In this document: piece after piece, positions 1-11,600 of the stretch | Numbering within the stretch: the stretch's first letter is position 1 | Layout of the letters: each line of letters starts with the position of its first letter | Source of the DNA: Macrostomum lignano | Lineage: Eukaryota | Length of the DNA stretch: 64,000 nucleotides | Assembly (NCBI GenBank): GCA_002269645.1 | Contig: NIVC01000292.1 | Coordinates: 558,001 to 622,000, forward strand | Direction of reading: 5' to 3' | The notes under the pieces: generated by a model | Database searches by the model: none | The model's input: only the letters and a program-made list of their open reading frames with translations | Told to the model about the DNA's origin: nothing | Made by a program: the position numbers and the translations under genes

Positions 1-674
1 ATTTAAGAGTTGGAGTTCAGAATGAAAAAAACAATTTTCTTTATACTTTTAGAATGAATTTATGAATTTATTTAGGAGCATTTCTAGTACCTTTCACATG
101 TGGATTTTTTGTATTTTTAAAATAAATGCTCCGAAATATTCGTTATACAATGAAGCTGCGGCTGCGCTCATTTGTCAATTTTTTATTTAAGGATGAAGTT
201 AAAGGCTTGGTAAATTTTATCTTGTTTTATCTGTTTATTTCTTCTAAAGTGTAGGCTAATGTACCGTCTAATTCGACTACTCGACTAGCATTCACGAAAA
301 CGGAGATGGTGCAAGAATCGGAAAACGAGCGTCATTTTTTCAGTTGAGTGATGTGAAGGCAAAAACTAATATATTGTTAAGAGGTTGTGTCTATGAATAT
401 ATAATCGATGAAATCAGTAACAAAACATGTGCATGCACATCATGTTAAAATTTATTTTCATGAATTATACGAAGCACGTGTATATATAATTCCCGACAAT
501 CCGGTCGTCCGGAATCAAGGTGCCATTGAGTTCAATAACATTGGATGTGTTAATTTCAACATCGAGGTTTTCATGGACACTAATTAATAAAAAACTATCG
601 TTTTCCATTTTATCGTTTTTCTTAAATACTTTGGGCCTTTCAAATGACGTCGTACTATTACACCCCTAATGAAC

Positions 675-710
675 CAAGGACTACTAACGAAGTGACTTCA
701 GTGGTCCTTG
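675..710. mobile_element. 36-bp TIR micro-element (CAAGGAC...GTCCTTG) with 8-bp TSD TAATGAAC
   Basis: TAATGAAC at 667-674 and 711-718 flanks caaggactactaacgaagtgacttcagtggtccttg. The 10-bp TIRs have one mismatch, and the termini match the element at 35667-36364. Confidence 0.65.
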
Positions 711-2623
711 TAATGAACATGAAAAAATAAGACGTCTTTTTTGAAGAACAGAATTTTTGCGTCTTTTAAAAATGTTAGACGATGAATTGGACCAAATACA
801 AAAATTTTTGGCTCCTGTTTAGAAAAAAATGCTGAGACAATACCAGCGTGTTTGTTTTTAAAAGCGCAGTAAGCGAACCCTTAATGTACACTTTTGTTTA
901 CCATTGCCATTAGTCGTAACCTTAGGATAAGGAAAAAATCGGATCGATTAGTTTAAAATATTGAAAGTGTTTTCCTTTTACGTTTTAGTTTTAAAAAATT
1001 GTTTTATAAAACAAATTTGAAAAAAAAACGTTTCGTAAATTCGTATTTAGAAAATGTTTTCATTTTACTGTAGGTTATCGTGTCTCGCGAAATTAGTTGG
1101 TAACCATTCAAATTTTTCCATATAAATCCGATTGGCCCAACGTTGCATGCCTGGAGTTACAATTAATTGTGCAACAACACTACGAAGTTAACATGAGTAT
1201 ATTTTGCCCTTTCATGTTCACATTGAACTCTTCATTTTTTCTCTTATATTTCTGGACAGACTTGAAGTCGCTACTTCAAGATAAAAATGCATATATATAT
1301 ATATATATATATATATAACTTAAACCTTTAGTCTGCTAGCAGTGCTAGGAAGACCGCGAGCTGATAGTGAAGTTATATTGAATTTTAAACTCATTTAGTT
1401 AATATTTATAGGCCTATAGTTAAATTCTATCTATATTTACATGTATATTAATATGTCATTTTGCTACTAAGTACTACAAGACTAGGGCTTAGTTATAATT
1501 ATAATTTAATAAAAAATAAATTTATCCTAGCCTTAGGTCTCAGAGTTGTTTATATCTAGATATTAAAAAGGCTATGCCTATGTTCTATAGATTATTTTTG
1601 ACTATAATAAAGTTTTCCAGATAAAAAATTTACTTGCATTACTATATATATTGCAATTCATACTAGCATTGTAATATTTTTGAAACCATTATATATTTGT
1701 TAAGTATTCACATTTCTAATCTATTTAAGTCATTGCTATGCCATTCATGTAAAAATGGTGTAATTTTCTATGACTATGAATTTGTTGCTTCATTAAAATA
1801 TTTGGTTAAATTTATCTAATAAAATTGTTTTTTTTTACTTATTATTTACTTTCTATTATAAAACTAAGCAAAAATAATATTACAATTATATATAAATATG
1901 TATTTTATATAAATCTAAATATAATCTAGAAATAGAATAAGACTAGATACAATAATTTTCTTGCTCTAGGCTTGAGAGAATTGTCTATTCTATTTACTAC
2001 TATGGCTAATATACATTTACTAATTGGTTAGATTTTTACTTATTAATTAGATATATATAAACAAAAATGCTATATATAGCATGATATATACTGGCTTAGT
2101 ATAGCAAAAGAATAAAACCATATTATAATATAGTACTAGATAACTTAATAAATAAGTTGATATATTGTTTTTTGCAATTGAAGCTATATATCATATAGTA
2201 TAAAATTTTTTATTTTAAATGTAATTAGGTTATTTGGTTTTTTATACAAAGTTGTCATATTTCACAACATTTGAAAGCTTTTGGGTTGATATATTTTGCA
2301 AGGAAATTCTCAATTTAGCAGTATAGTAAGTCAAAACAAGTTTTAGTGATAGAATAAATTTTTAGTATATTGGATTGGTTGAATTTAATTGTATCAAGAT
2401 ATATATACCTGATCAGCTTATATTTGAATATGTTTTTTTATTTGTTTTATTATAGAAACTAACAAAGTGCTTTATTAAATATGACTTGTTTTAGTAGAAA
2501 ATATTTTAATGTACTAATAAATAATGGAATCCCAATCTTCCTGCCTCAGCTGTGAATCGGCTGTTGCAAAAATTATTCTTAACCACAAAGCCAACTGCTT
2601 TAGCAGAAATCAAGCAAGTTCCA

Positions 2624-5600
2624 ATGTCTGAATCAGCCGATCTCGAGGCTGGAGTGGCCAACCTGGCCGTGGACTGTCCAGAGCAGGCGGACCGAGTTGG
2701 CAAGTGGCTGGCCCGCAATGACCGGTTCTGCCGCCGCTCTCCAACTGCCAGCAGCGCCGCCCGCGAGGAGGCCGCCTCTGACGACAGCGGCCGGCCATCC
2801 AGCGTGGACACTGACGCCGCGGCCAGCCCGCGCCAGCAGCAGCAGAAGCAGCAGCAGCAAAAGCAACAGTCAGCAATTGCTGCCAAGAACCCCGGCGAAC
2901 CGTCCTCATTAGCAACTGTTGCTAACCAGGACCAACGTGCTAGATTGATTGTCCGCGGCGCCTCGCCCGTGCCTGGCGACGAGAACGATATTGTGCACCA
3001 GTTCCTCATCCCCAACAAGCTGGGCGGCTCCATGGTCGGCACCCGCGGCCGCAACATCAACTACATCCGGGCCAAGTCGGGTGCCTCCGTCTGGATCAGC
3101 CGGAACTTCTTTGACAAGAAGACGCAGGTTGTCAATGTGCGAGGTGAGCTGGAGATACAAACGGGTAGCCCTTCAGTTTGCACTCTTCAATTTGCACTCT
3201 TCAATTTGCACTCTTCAATTTGCACTCTTCAATTTGCACTCTTCAATTTTCGCTCTTCAGTTTGCACTCTTCAATTTGCACTCTTCAATTTTCGCTCTTC
3301 AATTTGCACTCTTCAATTTGCACTCTTCAATTTGCACTCTTCAATTTGCACTCTTCAATTTTCGCTCTTCAATTTGCACTCTTCAATTTGCACTCTTCAA
3401 TTTTCGCTCTTCAATTTGCACTCTTCAATTTGCACTCTTCAGTCTGCACCTTCAACTGGCACCGAAAATGCAATAAAGGCCTCAAAACGGCACCAAGATA
3501 CACATACTTATGGCCTTAAGAACATGACTAGTTGCGCACTTTTACAAAGACAAACCCCTGCCTCATCGCCTCGAGATCTGACTAACTAATTAAAATGTAT
3601 TTTGCTTCCCTTTTGCTCTGTGAGATTAGCCTTTTTGTCTGATCTGAAAGCAAGAAGCTTCAGCGCGGTGAATCCTTCAGTTTCTAAATTGAACTGGGCT
3701 TCAGCTCCTGTCCTGAGCTGCTTCTAAAAGCTGAGCTCTGCCTAATCATTGCCCCGCAGGCCCCGTGAACTGCGTGAAGATCGCGCTGCAGGTGATCAAG
3801 AAGCGCTTTCCCGAGCTGGACGTGAAGCCGATCAACACCGCCGTGCCCATCCAGCGCAACCCGGCGCTGCAGCCCACCATGTGCCAGGTACGTAGGTTGT
3901 TTTAGTTGCAGTCTGCTGCATCTGTTTGACCTCAAGTGACCTCAGTTAACCTCCGTGTCTTTGGGAATGCCCGATTGAAAATAAATATTCATGTCATGCT
4001 AGTCATGAGGATGCAGAATTTCACTGCCTTCCTGTTCCTCATCTGTCTCTTGGCCGTCTCCCCCAGCATCCACTCCATGCCTGTCGCCTATTGTGTTGCC
4101 CAAATTCCCATTGTTCATATTCTCTTTTTCTGAATCGGCTCTCTGCATCACTGAGTCTTGGCACCCGCCTGATAATAGTCCCATTGTAATTTTCTATACA
4201 TATCGGTAGATGAGATAATAGTCCCATTGTCATTTTCTATACATATCGGTAGATGAGATAATAGTCCCATTGTCATTTTCTATACATATCGGTAGATGAA
4301 ATAAAAGTCCCATTGTCATTTTCTATACATATCGGTAGATGAGATAATAGTCCCATTGTAACTTTCTATACATATCGGTAGATGAGATAATAGTCCCATT
4401 GTCATTTTCTATACATATCGGTAGATGAGATAATAGTCCCATTGTAATTTTCTATACATATCGGTAGCTAAATCAGAAGCGCCTGTCTAGTCACGAGAGC
4501 CGGCCACCCCTCCCCACTTCTGGAAAATTCCACGCCGCAGAGAAACGTTTTGGGCGCCGGGCGGTGACCTCTTCTTTCTTCTCTGACCTAAAAATAGCAT
4601 TTCTAGCAAAACAGCTCGCACTTCTCTCAAGTAAATTTTGAAAAAAATTAAGTTGGAAACTTCAAGGTGAGCCCCTCACAGCCCCGCTATCCTATCTCGC
4701 ATTGTTTTTCTCTCCGTTGCTTTCTTATATGCTCGAGAATTGCTGAAAAAACCCTGCTTTGACTTGGCTGGTTCGGCGTCATGTGACTCTGGGGTGCCTT
4801 GTGTTGTTTTTTTGTACTGCCAGAGCGCAGCCCCCCCCCCCCTGCCCGTTCATTAAGAGTTTAGACTCGCCCGACTGTTAAAGTAGCCAGAGTTTATCTC
4901 ATTTGCTGGTCCTCAGGAATAGCTGATAATCTAGAATAGCTGACAGTCTAGAATAGCTGACAGTCTAGAATAGCTGACAGTCTAGAATAGCTGACAGTCT
5001 GGAATAGCTGACAGTCTGGAATAGCTGACAGTCTGGAATAGCTGACAGTCTAGAATAGCTGACAGTCTGGAATAGCTGACAGTCTAGAATAGCTGACAGT
5101 CTGGAATAGCTGACAGTCTAGAATAGCTGACAGTCTAGAATAGCTGACAGTCTAGAATAGCTGACAGTCTGGAATAGCTGACAGTCTAGAATAGCTGACA
5201 GTCTGGAATAGCTGACAGTCTGGAATAGCTGACAGTCTAGAATAGCTGACAGTCTAGAATAGCTGACAGTCTAGAATAGCTGACAGTCTAGAATAGCTGA
5301 CAGTCTGGAATAGCTGACAGTCTGGAATAGCTGACAGTCTGGAATAGCTGACAGTCTAGAATAGCTGACAGTCTGGAATAGCTGACAGTCTAGAATAGCT
5401 GACAGTCTGGAATAGCTGACAGTCTAGAATAGCTGACAGTCTAGAATAGCTGACAGTCTAGAATAGCTGACAGTCTAGAATAGCTGACAGTCTGGAATAG
5501 CTGACAGTCTGGAATAGCTGACAGTCTAGAATAGCTGACAGTCTAGAATAGCTGACAGTCTAGAATAGCTGACAGTCTGGAATAGCTGACAGTCTAGAAT

Positions 5601-8600
5601 AGCTGACAGTCTAGAATAGCTGACAGTCTGGAATAGCTGACAGTCTGGAATAGCTGACAGTCTGGAATAGCTGACAGTCTGGAATAGCTGACAATCTGGA
5701 ATAGCTGACAATCTGGAATAGCTGACAGTCTGGAATAGCTGACAGTCTGGAATAGCTGACAGTCTAGAATAGCTGACAGTCTGGAATAGCTGACAGTCTA
5801 GAATAGCTGACAGTCTGGAATAGCTGACAATCTGGAATAGCTGACAGTCTGGAATAGCTGACAATCTGGAATAGCTGACAGTCTAGAATAGCTGACAGTC
5901 TGGAATAGCTGACAGTCTGGAATAGCTGACAATCTGGAATAGCTGACTGTCTGGAATAGCTGACTGTCTGGAATAGCTGACTGTCTGGAATAGCTGACAG
6001 TCTAGAATAGCTGACAATCTGGAATAGCTGACAGTCTGGAATAGCTGACAATCTGGAATAGCTGACAGTCTAGAATAGCTGACAATCTGGAATAGCTGAC
6101 AGTCTAGAATAGCTGACAATCTGGAATAGCTGACTGTCTGGAATAGCTGACTGTCTGGAATAGCTGACAGTCTAAAATAGCTGACAGTCTAGAATAGCTG
6201 ACAGTCTGGAATAGCAGACAGTCTGGAATAGCTGACAGTCTGGAATAGCTGACAGTCTGGAATAGCTGACAGTCTGGAATAGCTGACAGTCTGGAATAGC
6301 TGACAGTCTGGAATAGCTGACAGTCTGGAATAGCTGACAGTCTGGAATAGCAGATTTCTGTTTCAAAGACATATTTATGCAAGTTTCAGGCAGACTGAGG
6401 GTGTGGCTAATGTTGTTGGGCGGTCTCTCCTTTGAAGTTTTATTTTTCCCGTCGATAAATATTTTTTGCTAATTTAGCCTAGCGGGAGCGAATGCGTTTT
6501 ACAGTCACGAATGCTGCTGGAAGGTCACGGCTGCGGTTTACGGGGAGGGGGGTTCTGAGCTTTGATTCACTTCCTGGAATTGAAGCAATGGATGCAGCAG
6601 CTTGTGAGCTCTATTGGGGGGGGGGGTCACGCTTTTGAGCTTACTCATGAGGTCAATTTTTCATAGAGTAAGACGCGGTTGGCTCTCGATTGTGTCCTGG
6701 GTTCGATTCTACATTATTTTATTTCGCGCGATTTGCGCTTATGTGAGTCAACCCACATGGCAGAGTTGTGCATTGCAGCAGAATTTTCAGAAATTGGGTT
6801 GCTGGCCCGCACGCTTGCTATCGGCTCTTGTCTGGGCGGTCTCACCTTTCTGTCCCGGTTGCCTTCCGTGAACTGGGAGACAACCTTATGCCTTTATGGG
6901 GATTTGAGAAAAATTGGCATTTCAAAATCGCTAGCGTTTTATTGAGATCGGGGAGGAGGAGCCGGTTGCGCCTGTCAGCTGACTCGGGGCTCCGTATGCT
7001 GGCCTGGAGTCGGGGGGAGGGGTAGCGCCCAGCCATTCTCTGCCATGGAGTACTAGAATGCAGCATCTGGAGTGGAAACCAGCGCTGAGGTAATTCTGCG
7101 GCCATTCCGGTGACTCCTGAGTACACACCGCGTACGGAATCGAACCCTGGCCCGAGAGTCACACGCCCTTACCGCTGAACTGCTCCGCCCCACCCTCCGC
7201 GGACCAGTTACAACGAAGGTCGTTTTGTTTCTTTGAGTCCAGCATCATCTTTTGGTCGATTAAAAAACTGGGGATTCCGAGAAAAGAAGTTTTCAAGCCG
7301 GTCGCAGTCTTTGTAGTCTGCAGCAAAATCTGTTATGTCGCATTGCTCAGTGTTAAACAGAGCTGCACTGCTCTGGCCCTGTTTATGTGGTCATTTTTAT
7401 GAGAGGAAAGTTTCAATATGCAGAGACAGAACGGAGAGACAGGGCGCTCTCTCATTTTGTAGTGTAAAGTGAAGTGTTTCTGTCTGTCTGCTGCCAGTGT
7501 GGAGCTCCCACAGCCGCCAGAACTCTCCGATCCAGGCACTGAGCACTCGGCTTGCCCTCGCGCAGCTGGCCCGAGCTCAAGTTTGCTGTTTGAATTTCCT
7601 TTTCTGTCTGTATTTGGCCTCCCTCCCCCCGGTGACCTCCCCCGCTGTAAAAGGTTTTGCTTGCCCCGGGATTCACTAACTAACCCGGTGCTGCGTCTGC
7701 GAAAGTTTTCTCCTGTGCCTATCGGCTTGCGTTCTGCTGGGGGGGGGTCTGCAGGAACTTTCATTTCAATAATTTTGCTTTCATTATGTGCATTATAATG
7801 TCAGCTTTTCCTCTCTGTCCAAGTAATTAACTGTCTGCTGCTTTGCAAAATATTGTAAGAGAATTAATAACTTTTGCCAGGAACTGCACTGGCTGGGCGT
7901 AGGCTAGAGAATACTTTGGTGTCTGCGAGCACTCTGACTTGGGTTCGCAAACTACAAAGCATACTGAGTGCAGAGCAAGACTTGATACAGCTCTGTCTGC
8001 ACAGGTGAATGTGGGTGAAGAATGGGTCTGTCTGCACAGGTGAATGTGGGTGAAGAATGGGTCTGTCTGCACAGGTGAATGTGGGTGAAGAATGGGTCTG
8101 TCTGCACAGGTGAATGTGGGTGAAGAATGGGTCTGTCTGCACAGGTGAATGTGGGTGAAGAATGGGTCTGTCTGCACAGGTGAATGTGGGTGAAGAATGG
8201 GTCTGTCTGCACAGGTGAATGTGGGTGAAGAATGGGTCTGTCTGCACAGGTGAATGTGGGTGAAGAATGGGTCTGTCTGCACAGGTGAGTGTGGGTGAAG
8301 ATGAAGAATGGGTCTGTCTGCACAGGTGAATGTGGGTAAAGAATGGGTCTGTCTGCACAGGTGAGTGTGGGTGAAGATGAAGAATGGGTCTGTCTGCACA
8401 GGTGAATGTGGGTGAAGAATGGGTCTGTCTGCACAGGTGAATGTGGGTGAAGAATTGGTCTGTCTGCACAGGTGAATGTGGGTGAAGAATGGGTCTGTCT
8501 GCACAGGTGAATGTGGGTGAAGAATGGGTCTGTCTGCGCAAGTGAATGTGGGTGAAGAATGGGTCTCCCAGTGCAGAGCAAGACTTGATGCAGATGAAGA

Positions 8601-11600
8601 ATGAATGCAGAGGTGAATCTGCATTCAGAGGTGATGAAGAATGAAAGCAGAGAAGAATGAATGCAGAGTGCCTTCAATGCACAGGTGAATGCAGATGCTC
8701 TGTCTGCACAGGTGAATGTGGGTAAAGAATGGGTCTCTCAGTGCAGAGCAAGACTTGATGCAGCTAGGCTGACTGTATCGAGTATTTTATCGCGTGACTC
8801 TTACGCTCGTAGTAGCGTTTTATATTGCCCTGTCTTATCCCTGTCGATCAAAGTTTGGGATATCAGCGCCATACGGACTGAAACTCGAAGCCTCTACTGC
8901 CGGGTGGTCTTTATTTATTCAGCAGTCCATGGCTTTAGTGGCCCGTGAGTTTGCTATATGCTCCAGGATTGGAGAGCCATCGGCTGCATAAGAACTTCCA
9001 GTCAGTGCGGGGGAGGCGTGCGAACAAAACCAAGGCAGCGCAGGTTCTGTGTGCCCAGTCGGCCAGGTGGGAGGGGAGGGGGGCCAGGCAGTGTCTGGCA
9101 GATCTCGCACTCCATTGTAGCTTCTGCTAATAGACTACTTTTTCTGGGGGGTAAACAGCCGATAAGATAGAATGGAAACTCGTTCCAGTTTGCTGTGTAT
9201 TTTAATCTGCAGAAATCGATAGCAGGTCTGTTCGGTTAGGTACAGTACGGCTTCTGCTCTGCAGTTCAATGCGGCCAAGTTCTGTTCATATCAGCCTTGC
9301 GGCTTGACCCACGTGTTTAGCGCTGGATTGCTAGCCGGGCTTGACCTTCACCTTCCTAAGTCTGATAGTCTTCCTACACTTTAAATGCTGTCAACAAGCT
9401 TTTTGTTATCTCAAATTTGAAGGCACCTTTGATCACTGGTCTGGTCGTTTGTTTGGTCACAGAGAATTCACATGCCACTTGGATCATTTCAAGTTGATTA
9501 GATCACCGACAACAGACAGAGTCACCGGTTGGGTCACTGGTCACTTGGTTGGATCACTGGTCACTTGGTTGGGTCACTGGCCACTTGGTTGGATCACTGG
9601 TCACTTGGTTGGGTCACTGGTCACTTGGTTGGGTCACTGGTCACTTGGTTGGGTCACAGACATCAGGTGATTAGTCACTTGGTTGGGTCACTGACATCGA
9701 GTCACTGGTCACTTGGTTGGGTCACTGAAATCGGGTCACTGGTCACTTGGTTGGGTCACTGAAATCGGGTCACTGGTCACTTGGTTGGGTCACTGAAATC
9801 GGGTCACTGGTCACTTGGTTGGGTCACTGGTCACTTGGTTGGGTCACTGACCTCTGGTCACTGGAACTGGATCACTAAACCGCTTTCTAACCGCTGACCC
9901 CGCCGCTGTCTCCAGCTGAACCTTCCAGTCGGTGCCCTGGTGGACGTGATCGTGTGCGCCATGTGCCGGGGCACCACCCTGTTCATGCAGCAGCCGACTC
10001 ACCCCAGCTTCCACCACCTGGAGAAGATGGATTTCTCCATCCAGAAACACTACGCCGACCAGGCCGCCGTGCCCTCGCTGCCCCGCCCGGTGAACCCCGG
10101 CGCCGTCTGCGTGGCGCCGTTCGGCTCCGCTTGGCACCGGGCGATCATCGCCGATGTGTTCCCGGAGGACGACATGGTGCTGATGAAGTACCTGGACTGG
10201 GGCGGCTACGAAAGGATGCCAGTCAGCTGCCTGAAGCAGATCCGGTGAGAGCAGTGACACCGTCTATCCCCAGCTCGAATCCCCATTCCCAGCTGGAATC
10301 CCCATTCCCAGCTGGAATCCCCATTCCCAGCTGGAATCCCCGTTCCCAGCTCGAATCCCCATTCCCAGCTCGAATCCCCCTTCCCAGCTGGAATCCCCAT
10401 CCCAAGCTCGAATCCCCATTCCCAGCTGGAATCCCCCTTCCCAGCTGGAATCCCCATTCCCAGCTGGAATCCCCATCCCCAGCTCAAATCCCCATTCCCA
10501 GCTGGAATCCCCATTCCCAACTGAAATCCCCATTCCCAGCTGGAATCCCCATTCCCAACTGAAATCCCCATCCCCAGCTCAAATCCCCATTCCCAGCTGG
10601 AATCCCCATTCCCAACTGAAATCCCCATTCCCAGCTGGAATCCCCATTCCCAACTGAAATCCCCATCCCCAGCTCAAATCCCCATTCCCAGCTGGAATCC
10701 CCATCCCCAGCTCAAATCCCCATTCCCAGCTCGAATCCCCCTTCCCAGCTGGAATCCCCATCCCAAGCTGGAATCCCCCTTCCCAGCTGGAATCCCCATT
10801 CCCAACTGAAATCCCCATCCCCAGCTCAAATCCCCATCCCAGCTGGAATCCCCATTCCCAACTGAAATCCCCATTCCCAGCTGGAATCCCCATTCCCAAC
10901 TGAAATCCCCATCCCCAGCTCAAATCCCCATTCCCAGCTGGAATCCCCATTCCCAGCTTGAATCCCCAGCCAATTATTATTTAAAATCCTCATTCGATTC
11001 CCTTTTTGCAATTGAAATTCAATCCCAATTTCATCCTCTACTCAAATCCCCAATATCTGCAGTCGATTGAAATCCCCTCTCTCCAATAACAGCCGCCGCT
11101 ATTTTATCAATTAATCCCCCGTAGCCATGTATTTCCCCCTGAATTTCCCTTCTGCCAGCTTGCGGAGACAGGCGGCTTAGCCCTGTGTGTGTGGGAATTT
11201 CACCTCCTGCGTGGGCTGCTGGCTGAGCTGTGTTTAGATTGTCCTGCCTGCCATATTTGGCAGCCCCGCCCGCCCACTGTCTCTTGGCGATTTTTTGAGT
11301 CCCCAGCTGGGCCGACGGCTGGCCAGGTAGAGAGTTTCACCCAGCCCAGGTGGGCAGCGGGGTCAGTGAATTAATCTGGATTGCAGCTGATCCACTGCTG
11401 CTTCTGCCACCTGCGGTTTAATTGTCCTTTGGCTACTAGATATCTTCCCCAAATCTATTCTCCCCTTGTCTGACACCTTCCCCATATCTATTCTCCCCTG
11501 TGTTCAGTATCTTCCCCATATCTATTCTCCCCTGTGTTCAGTATCTTCCCCATATCTATTCTCCCCTGTGTTCAGTACCTTCCCCATATCTATTCTCCCC

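Noticed and set aside
1097-1318. 73-aa ORF and other short AT-rich ORFs (35185, 35901, 38322, 38348)
   Set aside because: No recognisable motifs; they run into (AT)n or TE sequence.
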